NCBI GenBank assembly: GCA_964187785.1
Contig: OZ076421.1
Location: forward strand, 58,032,001-58,096,000
DNA from: Amphiscolops sp. MND2022
Lineage: Eukaryota
Direction: 5' to 3'
DNA length: 64,000 bases
The stretch's first letter is position 1. Each line of letters opens with the position of its first letter. Positions 11,324-24,677 of the stretch are shown piece by piece. The translations under genes and the position numbers were made by a program. The notes under the pieces are model-generated. The model saw only the letters and a program-made list of their open reading frames with translations, did not search any database and was not told the origin of the DNA.

Positions 11324-12633
11324 TGTCTCCAAATTACATACAATCTTGAAAACAACTCCTCTACTCTCTGGACCAAAATCTATTCGTCACAAACGCAGTT
11401 GCACTTTTAAACGGGTTTTTGTACTGAAACATGGCCGCCATCCCAACTTACAGCCTTTCAATGGCACAGTAAAAGAAAGCTTAAACGAATTTTTGCGACA
11501 ACTCGAAAGTTGCATTCAAGTTGCTGGTGTACCTGATGCGGATCGACACAGATACCTTCATCTTCATTTAAAAGGAGGTGCGCTCACCAACAAGAAGCAG
11601 CCATTCGTGAAAATTATGATCAGGCAGTAGCAGCTCTACGTACCAGATACCAGAATGATCAACGTATCCAACTACAAAAAATACTGTTCAGTGCAAGAAA
11701 AATGAAACCGTCAGAAGAAAGTGACTTGACTTTCTTACCGAATTGCAGAGACTGGCACTTGAAGCCTACCCAAATGTTGCAGCTACAGCAGCATCAGGTG
11801 GTAGACCTGCAATATTAGCGGAATACCGTGCTCAAGAACGGAGCAGACGAGTACGAGAAGCCTTCATTAGTGGAATGCTAATAAAACTCAAGCGATTTCT
11901 TCTCACTCAATCAGATGATACTCCAATAGAAGACCTATGTGCCAAAGCGTCCAGCAGAATGATAGTAGATCGCCTATACCCCGAAAATGACGACACTGCA
12001 TTCAATGAGGTCAGTATATTCTCAACGAAACAACTTCTCACTGGTATCCAGGAGCTATCGAAAGCTCAAGACACTTTAAAAGAAGAAACAGGCAAACTAT
12101 CCACTGAACTGAAAGAATTGATCAAAACTCTTCAACCAACAATCAACCAACTTGCAACACCCCAAGGTTCGTCCAACTCGAATTATAACAATAATAACAA
12201 AAACCGACAAAATGGAAACAAGAATTTTGGCCCTCGAGGAAATAACCAGCAGTTCTGGCGCAACAAGCGACCCAACTGGCAAAATAATATTCAACAAAAT
12301 TGGCGCCCCCCGAATCAAAATTGGCAGAATCGCAACCCTAATTGGCAACCGAGAAACCCAAACTCGCAACGACCACGATTCAACAACTATGCTCAATCTG
12401 GACAAAAACACTGCAACATATGCAATAAATTTGGCCACATTCCATCTCAGTGTTGGTTTCGTCAGCAGAACTGTAACCCACCAATGTTGCCGTACACACA
12501 ACACTCTGCGGCTTAATACTCAGCCCCTCAACCTATGCTTCAAGCTACCCAGATGGTTCCGGCAACTACATTCACTCCATCATGGCCGGCCCAATATGAC
12601 TTCAACCAACAAGCCCAGAATCTAAAAAACTAG
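11324..12633 (+). pseudogene. gag: Gag with N/Q-rich region and zinc knuckle, frameshifted
   Basis: LQPFNG...EFLRQLESCIQVAG...LHLHLKGGAL, then CNICNKFGHIPSQC. Internal TAA at 12514-12516; natural end TAG at 12631-12633. Confidence 0.85.
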
Positions 12634-15600
12634 GTAACCCACACATTTCCCATATTTCTCCGTCTTTATCTTCTAATATTCCTAACTCTTCACCTTTTAT
12701 AAACGTACTCTCTTCAAAGCCTCGAACATCACTTTTTTCTACTTCACTACAATTTTCTTTTCCAGTTAAAGCCTTAATTGACACTGGTGCTTTTTCCAGT
12801 GCCATGCCATATTCTACCTTTCAAAAGCTTCAACGTACCTGTCCTAAAGCTATTTCCAACTATAACCCACAACAGAGCACAGTAAAAGTTGCTAATGGTG
12901 ACTCTGTACCTACCTATGGAACGTTTAAAGCTTCTTTCAAAATTGCGGATGAATCTTTAACTGAAACCTTCATACTCATGCACGCAATGAACCAAACCAT
13001 CCTAGGTTTACTGTTTTTGAGAAAAATGACATTTCGATACACCCCAAAATGCGCACCCTGAAACTACCCAATATGACCTTACATCTGACAGAACGAATCC
13101 ATAAAAATGGAAAAATTAGTTCTTTAACTACGAAGAAAAATCTCTTCTTAAACTCTGTTCAGTATTACCCAATAAATCCAAACTCGTCCGAAATTATCAC
13201 CTGTTCACTATCTGCTGAATCGTTCCCTGTAGGAATAGTAGCGATTGTAGAACCCAATCTACGTTTTGAAAAACAAACTGGACTTTGCGTCACAAGCGCA
13301 ATAGTCAAACTCAATGAGCAAAAACAAGTTGCACTTGGGATCCTCAACCTTTTACCTCATAAAGTAACTGTTTCAAAAAATGCGCCTGTTGCAAAAGTTA
13401 CTATTTTGACTGCTAAGCAAGCCGAATATCTACATCCGGTAACGCCAGAGTTACTTTCTGACCACTTAACAAAGGGCATTAATGGTCTCATTGCAGACAA
13501 CAAAACCAAAGTATACGCATCATCAGATGAGTTTTGGTTTCCGACGCCCGAAAATTGTGCCAATCCAGAAAACTTAATTGGAATTCAAAAAAGAAGTTAT
13601 GGTGAAATTGTGGCGCTAAAAAACTGTGAAAACTTTGAACCGCAACAAAACACGGAAGACCGAATAAATTCCTAGCACAATTCCCATGGGAAAATTCTGT
13701 TTTCACCACTGAACAAATCAAAATAGTCGAAGAACTTCTTTTAAAGTACCACAAAATGTTTGCACGACATCGTCTAGATATTGGAGTAATTGAGGAATTT
13801 AAAGTAAAACTAACTCCTGAAAATGATAAACCCAAGTATACGCAAGGTCCACCGACCCCAATCCACTACCGAGACGAAATTCTAGTGGAATTAGCTCTTT
13901 TGCAGTACCGGGGAGTCATCACCACATTAACATACTCCGAGTATTCTAGCCCCATTTTTGCAGTCCGTAAACCTTCGGGGAAACTGCGAATTTTGGTAGA
14001 TCTCCGACGTATAAACCATCTTATTAAACATGATTATGATAATCATAACTTTCCAATTGCCACTTCAGCAGACGTTAGCACACACCTTGCAGGGAAGAAA
14101 TTCTTTGCCAAATTAGACTGTAGCCAAGCCTATCATGTTTTACAAATGGCCGATCCATTGTCTGTGCAACTTCTTGCCTTTAATTTTCTCTCAAGGACTT
14201 TTGCGTATTCACGCTTAGCGCAAGGACTAAGCTGCTCAGTCAGTGCCTTTAGCTCTTTTATGCGTAAATACCTTTACCCATGTATTGTGGCAGAGCAATG
14301 CTTTCAATATGTGGACGATTTAGGCACAGCAGCTAAAACGTTTGAAGAATTCGTCACTAAAATAGAAGCTATTTTCAAATGTGTAGAGAAAACAGGCCTC
14401 AGATTCACACCCGGCAAATGTGAATTTGGAATAAAGGAAATGACTTTCCTTGGTACCACAATTTCTAGTGAAGGAATGTCTCCCAACAAAACCAAAGTAT
14501 CTGAATTTTTGTCAACTTTGAAACCATCAAAAACAGTGAAACAAATTCGCAGATTTATTCGATTTTTCCAATATTTAAGCTCTTTTATTCCAAAACTAGG
14601 TGAAAATCTGTTACCATTCTACCAGCTCTTTCGGAAAGAATCTGATATAGTGTTAACCCCAGAACATCACAAAGGCATTGAAACATTACGCAAAGATCTC
14701 GAACAGGCATGTAAAATCTCTCTGAAATTACCGAAAGCGAACGCGCAATACGTCATTTTGACTGACGCTAGTTTTTATGCAGCCGGATACTTCCTACTCA
14801 TCGAGGACTATTCCACTGATCAAACTGGTAAGACTCATAAAAGCTATGTACCAGTCTCATTTGGTTCAAAAATCTTCACCCCGACATCCTTGAAATTATC
14901 CATCTATGCAAAGGAATTCCTCGCAGTACATTTTGCATTTGATACTTTTGCGCACATTTTATGGGGAAGTTCGAAACCTGTACTGGTCTTGACTGACAAT
15001 AAAAGCCTGACACGCTTTTTTCAAGCGAAAACTATACCGTCTAGCCTTTGGACGTGTGTAGACCATGTTCAGAACTTTAATTTTGTCTTAGGACATCTCC
15101 CTGGAAAAGCTAACGCTGCCGCTGACTACCTTTCTAGAATACACATCCAGCCACATACCAAACTAGAACTTCAATCCAATTCTAAAATCCCAGTTGCAGA
15201 TTTCCATTTGCAATAGGGCATGCAAGTTCCTGACAATTCTGTCAACTCATTCAGTTTTGATTGTGCACTTTACACCCTTTCGAATGATGTTTATACTTCT
15301 TTCCCCGAAATAAACGCACTCCATGCTCCAAACCCTTTGGATGACTTGGACGTAACTAACAAATCAAACCCTCTAAATTTATACGCCGAACAACAGAAAG
15401 ATACCAACATTAAATTGGTTCTGCATTGGTTAGAGAAGGGTCCTCCTTCTCCCACCCCTTATATGAATACTGAACTCAAAAAATTCATCAAGCATTTTGG
15501 TAGACTGGAAAACCATCATGGTGTCCAATACCGCAAGTTTTTTGATGATACAGGTCGGATCTTCATACGTCAGTATGTGGTTCCACAACACTTGCGTGAG

Positions 15601-16913
15601 GAAATTCTCTATCGAATTCACAACAGCAAATATGCAAGCCACCCAGGCATTGCCAAAACAGCCGAAAGGTTTTGCAAACGGTTTTATTTTCCAGGTTTTG
15701 TTGAATTTTTAGCAAACTAGATAAAAAATTGCAGGTCTTGCCTACAGATAAAACATGTTAACACCAAACTCTGAAACCACCACTTTTGTCGCTAGCCACA
15801 GATATATATTACACCGGCGACATGCTTCAAGTGGATGTGGTTGGTAAACTCCCAAATTCCGCGGGCTACACATATATTTTAACAGCCAAAGACACTTTTA
15901 GTAAATACCTTTTTGCGACTCCTCTTCGCAATACCAGCGCATCGAATGTTGCGAAGCATCTTTTTCACATTTTTATGCGATCTTCGTACATACCGAAAGT
16001 TGTCCTTTCAGATATGGGAACAGCCTTCACTTCCCGCGTGATGACTTAATTAAGCCGCCTTTTGGAAATTAAACTGGAATACGCCACTGTTAAACACCCA
16101 CAGACCGTTGTGTCCGTCGAGCGCTCTCATGCGTCTCTAAAACAATATCTTGGCATATATGAGAACAAAATCAAACGCGATTGGCACTTGTATGTGGATT
16201 TAGCCGTCTTTGTACACAAAACTGCATATCATTCATCAATTGGCTGTAAGCCCACGTTTTTGTTTCATGGCAGACAACTGCATTCACAACTTGATTTACG
16301 TTTTGACAATAAACTCTTACAAACCCTTGAAACGCGCTATGAGTTTACAAGCACCCTTCAGGACAAAATGTATGAAGTGTTTTCTTTGGCACGTGATGCT
16401 ACTATCACTGCCTACAATAAATACCGACATTTTTACGATCGAAAGGCGTCTGCCGCTCCACTCAAAAAACACGCCTTTTGTCTTCTCCTTAACCCGAAAT
16501 TATCAAACGTCAATGATCATATGGGAAAATTGTTACCCAAATGGCTTCCTCTCTACAGGGTTAAAACCGTTTTAACGAATTCGAACTACATTATCCGTAA
16601 GGTAGGAACGAATTACACCCAGTGTGTACATCGTATTCGACTTCGTCCCATCACACCCCAATATACATTAGACGATCTTGATACCATCTCTGAGAGTAAT
16701 TTTGTCCCTGATCCATCAACGCGACACGTCTCAGAGCCTTCGCGTTTTGATCAAGCTCTTCCAGACCTTTTAACCGATCGCACCGTTTCTAAGTTGGAGA
16801 CACACCTGCTGTCGTATTTCACTATGTCCCTAGTCGCGTGCCACCGGCGCCTCCTCCGGCCCCACCGGCACTACCGGCACCTCAGGCTCTCTTGGTACCC
16901 CCTCCGGGTCTAA
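12631..16913 (+). pseudogene. pol: Pol polyprotein (PR-RT-RNase H-IN) with several stops and frameshifts
   Basis: ALIDTGA (PR); LVDLRRIN, LDCSQAYH and QYVDD (RT); TDASFYAAG, AKEFLAV and TDNKSL (RNase H); IHNSKYASHPG...CRSC, LQVDVVG, SDMGTAF and VERSH (IN). Confidence 0.95.
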
Positions 16914-18671
16914 CGCAGCCTATACACACCCTACCTCCGCCTGAAGTCCTCCCCGACCGCGACTTCACAATTGCACACCACTCTGTTGATCTTCCTCCCA
17001 TTTCCTATCAAGCTCAATTTGATAGTTCGACCGTACCTTTACAAGATCAACATTATACTTCATTTTTTTCTTCCTCACCTCACGAAGCGCTCTCTTCTTC
17101 TGCTAACCTCCCTCACTCTTTATTTTTCACTTCTCCAGCTACTAGCTTTGATTCACAAGATGCCTTTGTGACGACACACGTGACCCCTGCTGAAACAACT
17201 GCTACCAGAATTCTCATCTAACTTGGTACCAATGGCTCAATCGACACCTGTCACACCTTCTCCACCTACTCACTCCTCGTCAGGAACACGCTCCAAGATT
17301 TACTCGTCACAGGAAGGTTCTTCCCCATTTTTTGGATTTTCTGATTCAATTATAAACCGAGCTCAAAAAATTCGATCGCCACCTCGGCGTCCCCCACTTA
17401 CACCAATACCTACATTTGATTTTAATACTACCCCCATTTACGTCAGCCACCCTGGTAGTCAATTGTACTTTATAAACCCCTCTCCGTCACGCATTCCCCG
17501 ACCAAAGACTCCGGTCTTGGACACAACCGACATAGACGCCTTTATGCGTAACCTCCCGGTTCCCGATCCTCCGATTTTTATTACCTGTTTATCGACTAAT
17601 ACCCCTTCTACGGTCCCCATCACAACCACTTCTTCTTCCCCACGTCGCGATAGATACACGATTGCGACCCCGTCCTGCTCGGACTTCCTTCTATAACTCT
17701 AAACCATGGAAATAAAGAATTTTTCCATTTTTTTCATACCTATTTTTGACTGTATTTCTGTTATACTATCCGTTTTTCCTATTTTAAAGGTTCCAAGCTT
17801 TCACCATACACCCTCCAATGGATTCTAGCCGTAGTATGGTCACTTTTTACACCCCATACAAGACCAATATGCTCACTTTTATATGCCTTTTTCGGACAAA
17901 AACTGGACTTTTTGTCTGAAATCTTTTGATTTTTGTCCTTTTTTGGTCCAAAAACCAAATTTTCTTATGTCCTATCACTTTGGTTGGTCAACACTCACTC
18001 ACCCTCGTGGGTTACCCAACGATGCCTAGGTACCGCTTCACTAGTGTAGAGTGCATCGGAATGGTTATGTTGACACTGTCTTTCCCGAAAAATTGACCCA
18101 TTTTTGACCCTTCGAAAACTTGATTTTCAAACACATGTAAAATTTCGAATTTCGGGAATTTCAGCATGAAAATAGTGGCTAACGACCTTATTTATCCCAA
18201 ACCCTCAATTTAGGCGAAAAAGAGAAAAATCGAAAAAGAAAATTGAAAAAAAGTTTTTCTGGGGGATTTTCGGGCCATGTATGCGATTTTGTCATTTTTG
18301 TCTGATTTTCTGTTTTTAACTCCATTTTTTCTACCCCAAATGGTCTTGAACACCACCCGTAGGCCCCCCAGTACCTTTTGACGCAATTTTATTCCCTTAC
18401 TATGCATCTGAGTATGACTTTACAGACTCAAATGCCATAAAAACTCCGATTTTTTGCCATTTTTTGCCGTTTTTATAGAAGCAATTTTATTTTCTCACCA
18501 TCATGCTTGTTCGGAACTACTCCCACAGGCACCAGCTTCCTCGTCCTGAGCCCAGGGTTCCTCTGGAGGTCCACGAACCCGCACTGACGTTTGCAACCTA
18601 TCAATTTTGCGAAATTTTTCTACTTGTCCCCGAAATACATTCCGACTATCTATGTAATTCTTATCAATTAC

Positions 18672-19972
18672 TCATTCTGGCTCTGGAAAATCAGGCAGAG
18701 GCTCGCAGTGAAACTGTGTGCGGAACCTCTTTCCGCCTTGGATTGTTTGACATAACAAGCTAGCCCGCTCCCCTTGCTCTCTGCCATACTTATAGCGAAT
18801 CCACCCGCCCATGTCCCAGTACTGCCAGTAAACTATGATGTCTGTCTGTAGCACCCAGGCTGTAGCTAATATCTAAATAGTCCACATGTCAGTCTTGTGC
18901 CTTGCATCTATCTACAATTTTGTCAATATGATTAATAGTTCATACCGCGGCTTCAGATATGCTCGCCGTGACTTTCGCACACTCATTAGCCAAAAAGTAG
19001 TTAGGAGCAGTGACCAGACAATACTCCTTAAACTCATTGGTCTGCATGACTTCTGTAGCTGCCACCCTGATACCTTTGCATTTTCGTCCTGGTGCACTGT
19101 CCTTACGATCTAAGTGCATATTTCATACATTTGTATATTTTTTTCTCAATTTTATATGTGCATGTATTTTTCTTTACTTGCTTCGTCTGCACATACCTGA
19201 TTTTCGACCACAGAGTAAATGATAGATGCTTGAAAAGAAGCATTCCAACCAACTTCAGCCAACTTCCCCAGTGACTCCTATTTGCCAGGATTAGTTAGGT
19301 CCACGAACACATTGGACACACGCGAAGATGATAAGGCCTCCCACATGCACGTATATCCAAACTTATCGCATAACTCGATACGTCTGGCTAAGGACAAGGG
19401 CAGATGCTTCTGCACCTTCTTCCCCTCCTCACTGTCAAAGTAGCATGTTTGACAGTTTCTGAGGAACCTAGGAAGAAAAAATTATACTTTTCCTTTTTTC
19501 TCTCTTTCTCGCCTTCTTTTAAAAAAACACAAAAAAAACAAAAACATCAATAATTTTTTTAATATATCAAAGATTGGTGTACTCACTCTCCTGCTAAAGC
19601 TTTCAGCCCACCGAGAGCAGCTGGGTATGCCACTCTAGCCTCTGACAGGGCATCTATGTGCATCTGCACTCCACGATAGTGCTTTCTTTTTCCCACGGTC
19701 TCGTTCTTCTTCCAGTCCTTGATATGTACCTTGTACAATATGTTGTCGACTTGTTCTGGTGTAGGAGCGGGAATATACTCATTACGCCGCCCTTTGTACA
19801 TCAAAATGCCCCTCTCCACCTTGAGACTTCGGCACAGTTTCTTGAAATTCTCGCGTTTCTGAGATGTTTTCAGCACACTGCTATCCAACACAGCTTCATT
19901 TAGATACTTGACGATTGCTTCATGCAAAAATCGATCTATGTTGAAATCGAAAACAATTGCAAATGTGGTCAC
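18672..19972 (-). pseudogene. Antisense four-exon gene: integrase-type H2C2 zinc-binding domain fused to an OTU-like cysteine protease
   Basis: Exons ~19972-19587, 19467-19197, 19109-18946 and 18872-18672, separated by GT-AG introns with consistent phases. Motifs ILYKVH...KHYRG...FLRNCQTC, GWN(C)FFSSIYHLLCG, ILATAWVLQTDIIVY and FHCEPL. One TAG (19280-19278) and one 1-nt deletion (~19241). Confidence 0.75.
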
Positions 19973-20967
19973 TACTACCTACTTTTTCATAATCTTTTTT
20001 CACGTTCCTTTTCTTCTGCCAACTCTTCAAGTCACTATGGCGCGCCGACGCATGATTTAGACAAAATCAACAATAAAACTCCTTTGACTTTGGACAGCCA
20101 CAGATATTTTTTTCCTTTTTTCTCTTTTTGTACATTTTACACAAGACTAGCATTCATTGTACACAAGTCTCACTTTTACAAAATTATCACTATAGTAAAA
20201 CATCTTTTTCTTTCAATTTTAGCCTTGACTGCTTTCTTACACTAGTTTTCTACTCTGCATTTTTTTCTTTCTTTCTCCTCAGTTTTTTTCTCTTTTTTTC
20301 TTTTTTTTTCTTCTTTCTATTTGGTTTCTTTGCGCCCCTCTTTAGTCAATTTTCATCTTCAGCAATTTTTTGTCTTTTTGGATCTGTGTAGTTTCGTTTT
20401 CTTTTTCGTTGCTGTACCATTTTTCTTTTTCTTTCATATATCTTTTTAGCTTTTCGTCCATTTGTTCTTTTCATTTTTTTCTTTGCCGTTTTTTTCTTAC
20501 TTTTTTTCTTTTTGGAACAAACGCCACAACACGTACAAATGAGCGATGGTCGCCAGAACCACCCCCACACAACTCAACCCCCACTTTACGGAGCTGGAGT
20601 AAATGAAGCTCTATGGAGCTGGAGTAAATGATGCTGGAGTTTTATGAAGACTAAGTAGTAGAACAAACTATTCTCTAGCTCGAAAAATTGACAATTGACT
20701 ACTTTTGTCCACACCAATATGATATACGAACTTCTTTTGTTTTTTCTATTCACATATGCCACACGCCACATCCGGTTTAAATACCATGGTACAAAAATCA
20801 CATTCCTTATTTACATGATCACGCCCGATGGTATTCGCCACTACAATAACGAACTCCTTCTCTTTGAATTATGCAAACAAACACGCCACTTTGTGCTTCT
20901 TTTCCTTCTAAAAAAGAATAAATACCAAATTTCAATTCATTCATTCCATTCAACATCACAATAACCT

Positions 20968-23160
20968 TTGACATTCAACGACTTGCTTTCGTTCAACACC
21001 GAATTGTTAAAAGTGACTTGGATTTGTCTGATTCTTTTTCTCCCATTTTTGGGCAACTCACAATCTCCCATTTCCGCCTTTGATGACTCTGGTGGTCCTC
21101 TCAAGAAAGGGATCATCTTCCACGAAAACAAGAAAGTCTTAGTTGCTGAAAAATTCATCAACGTTGAGTTTTTGCTTCCATTTCCCAAGTTCGCAGTATA
21201 CATCAAATCTGATCTTGAGCACATCTTGTCTGTCTTGGCAACCATGTGGGACATGCCGACCTTTAATTGTTACTTGAATTTCACTAATGTTTCTTTGGAA
21301 GGATTCCACGTCAATTGGCTCCTCACGGAAGTCCAAAATGAAACACAACTGACAGAAAACGCCTTGAATACTCTACAATTGGAAATTGCCACATTCTTGC
21401 ATCCTCCTTTGCCTCCTTCCCAACATGATCGCCCTCGTCGTGCCATTCCTCTGGCAGCTGTCGCTGTTGGAGCGATTGGACTCTTCAGCACTGGAATTGC
21501 AATGGGAAGTTGACTGTTGATTGCTTGGAATTTTTGGCACTTGCCCATCACAGAAAAATGCCAATGCGATCAACCGCATGTTTCACATGACCGAGAACTT
21601 GGCCGCTAATTTACAACATCTGCAATCGGCTACTAATGAAAAATTTCTTATTGTGGGACAGGAGTTGAAGGCCATTCGAGACCTACAGGCTCAGATGATT
21701 GAAGTGCAGAATGCTAACTGGCATACGATCTCTCAACAACTTGAGACCTTTCGTCACGACATCCACGAGATGCGCAATTGTGATCAGTTGCTCTTCACTA
21801 GACAGCAAATCAATCTTAATTTTGATACCATCGCCTCGTTGCTCTCGCTCTTCTACTCTAACGTCGAGTCCTACCAATCAGCTCTTTTTGCATATCGTTT
21901 GAATCTCCTTAACAGTATTCCAGCTCTCCTTGATAAGTATGTTCCGATCTCTTTATTGGATCGTTCATCTTTGGAACAAGTCCTTAATGTGGTTCAGGAC
22001 ATCCAAAACAAGGCCACGGATCGCCTGACTCTGGCCATTCCCTATCAAGAGACCCTTTCTTCATACGAAGCTCGTCTTCTCCAGGATTTAGTAGCACTTC
22101 CTGATGGTTTCCTGATCAAGATGTCCATTCCTCTCGCCTCACGTCAAACAGTTCTCAACACATGCGAGGCTATTCTGATTCCCATGCCTCAACTTGATGA
22201 CTCTGATGCCATGAGTTGGTCCCTCGAAGCTGACTTCTTAGCAGTTTTCGAGAATGGCCGTGAAACAGCCGGTGTTACCCGTCACGATCTTGAGTCCTGT
22301 ATTGGGTCATCCCGATACAGCATCTGTCAACAGGGTCTAGCAACGGAAGGCCTGGGTTCTTCTTGCCTCTCTTTGCTCTTCTTCGGCAACCAGGTCCAGG
22401 CCATGAAGATTTGCGACCTCATCCCTTGCAAACTTCCCGTTGTGGAACGCGCTGTCAATTTGCGCTTTGGGATCTGGCTGATCCTCTCAGCCATTGCCGA
22501 TTTTGAACTCCGAGAGTCTATGGCCAACGACAAGTCTCATATGTCCGCCAAAGTGTACCCTGGTTGCAGAATATGTATATATACTTTACCGTGTGGACAC
22601 CAACTTCGAGGACCGAATATCTTCATTCGTTCAGATCTCCAATCTTGTTCGAAGGTCCCTTCCATCGAAATTCATGTTGACGTTCCAGTCCCCTTGTTGG
22701 ACGTCCTTAGTGCTCGTCCGTCTCTCAATGAACTACTATCATCAATACGAAGTCTTTAGCCAATCTGGACTTTCTTCGATCCTTGAAGCATGAAATGAAA
22801 TACATCTCTCCCACGGCTCTCGAAACACCTGACGCTCTTCGAACATTGGCTCAACCCATTGTCCTGAAGATGACAGACTTGAAAAATGCGCTTAAATGCG
22901 AGTTCAGTCATACCCCTACATTTAAAACAACTCTAATATTGGGACTCGCAAGCTTTTTAATTTCGATGCTACTACATCTACTCTTTATGTGTATATTTCA
23001 TCGCTATCACAATTTGCACAAGTTTATGCCTTTTAAACATACTTTGAAAACTAAGGACGAAAAGATAAAAGTTCCTCTCCATCCCGTCCTTTCGGTCCCT
23101 TCTGACCATGTTGAAGCGATACGGGCAGACCCGAAATTTCGCTGGCGTAATAAATGTTGA
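20968..23160 (+). pseudogene. env: Env-like class I fusion glycoprotein (paramyxovirus F-like architecture), ~730 aa, two frameshifts
   Basis: Hydrophobic signal region WICLILFLPFLGNS; furin site RPRR followed by AIPLAAVAVGAIGLFSTGIAMG; heptad region with ATNE; Cys-rich CIGSSRYSIC; TM LILGLASFLISMLLHLLFMCIF; sequons NFT, NVS and NET. Confidence 0.85.
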
Positions 23161-24309
23161 ATAGCCACACATAATCCCTCTGTTGAACCCCAACATTATA
23201 CGGAGATTCTCTCTGTGTAATTTCTTGGACTTTCTCTGTTAAAGTCATGTTCGCTCATTTTTAGGACCATAGAACTGAGTGTGCCTCTTACACGCTATTT
23301 AATATAGCTTTCAGCGTTACTATAGTAGAAACCAATGTCCTCTCTGTTCTTCACAGTAGTTGACTGCTTTCCAGTCAACTTCTACCATCTTCGATAAAAG
23401 ATTTCTTTTTGACCGCCATCTGACTAAAAGTGCTGTGCAATGATTCCATCACCGTGCTTTGAATTTTAGTCTCTCTTCTTGCCCACCATCCTTCTTTTGT
23501 TGCATCAGTTTATTTGCTCATAATATCAAGGTATCATTTGTAAATACAGTGTATATCATTGTCATTCAATGATCAGCTTCTCATTCAACAATTCTACACA
23601 TACGATTTTTCTTCTCCTTCGCAAATATCCAGCCCTTCTCAATAAGATGATTGTCTCATCTTTCTTTTTCGAACATTGTACCTCCCAGTGTTCATCTTTG
23701 ACCCGCAATTTCCGGATCTCTCTGTTCTTTGCTCTTATTTATATTTGCATCTTGTATATTCTCACAGTATATACATCGTAAATATTCAATTATCTGTCTC
23801 TGTCTCCAATTTACTCTCTCTCCGGTCTCCTTTTTGCTCATCACTGATAAGATAAGTGCCAGCACTTCACTGTTCACGTTAGCAAACACTTTTGTTGACG
23901 CTCTTGTTGACATCAGCGACACAGTAGCCACACTCTGGCACGTGCCCTTCCTGTTATTTTGTTAACAACCGTTGAACGAGTTTAACTATAAATCATAGGC
24001 CCGTAATCACCTCTTTCTTGTAAACACTGACTCACTGTTAGCCCACCAAGTTGATTTTTGGGCCCCTTCTTGTTCATCTATCCCCGTCTCCAATCATACA
24101 ACTTTATCATGCACTTTCGCATTTCTTCTATTATAACCTTTCTTTAGAGGCTTCTCACCCCTATGTCATATGTATTTTTCACTCTTCTTTTTTTGGGCAT
24201 TTGTGTTGCCTCCACTTCGTTTTCTCGGGTTCATCATCATTTTTCTTGTTTCATGTTGCTGCATCATCTCTCCTGAAAAGATATCCACCCGGCGACTCTC
24301 CCTTTCTTC

Positions 24310-24321
24310 AAAAGTGGGGAG
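24310..24321 (+). promoter_or_regulatory. Polypurine tract of element 1
   Basis: AAAAGTGGGGAG directly before the 3' LTR. Confidence 0.8.
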
Positions 24322-24677
24322 TGTCAAGACTTCATCATGAAAGATTTACAAAATTTCGTTACAGACAGAGTCCAGCCAATCAGAAATCTGGGCCAATCAG
24401 AAGACGAATAGAGAACAAGTTGCAGCTGATGATAAAGAACCTGATATAATTGATTACACTTTAACTTGAGTAACTGTACGATAAAGATTGTTCTAGCTCT
24501 CTATAACTTTAACAAAACATTCTGATAAATAATATGTATTTTCTGAGTTAAGGAAAGATGACCCAGCAAGAAATCTGAAGTTAATACCAATCCAAAAGTC
24601 TTTATAAAATGATCCAAATACAATTTTTCTAATTCTTCTGAAAATGATAAGTTACCGCTCGGACATCACTAATGACA
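24322..24677 (+). repeat. Element 1 3' LTR
   Basis: Direct repeat of 10880-11235. Confidence 0.95.

Larger units (their letters stand above)
10880..24677 (+). mobile_element. Element 1: full-length env-bearing Ty3/Gypsy LTR retrotransposon, 13.8 kb, decayed
   Basis: Paired 356-bp TG...CA LTRs, PBS, PPT, order gag-PR-RT-RH-IN-env, and flanks CCGGC / ACGGC (5-bp TSD with one mismatch). Confidence 0.95.

Noticed and set aside
20346-20570. Lys-rich minus-strand ORF as a first exon of the H2C2-OTU gene
   Set aside because: Explained by the T-rich low-complexity sequence; no convincing splice link was found.
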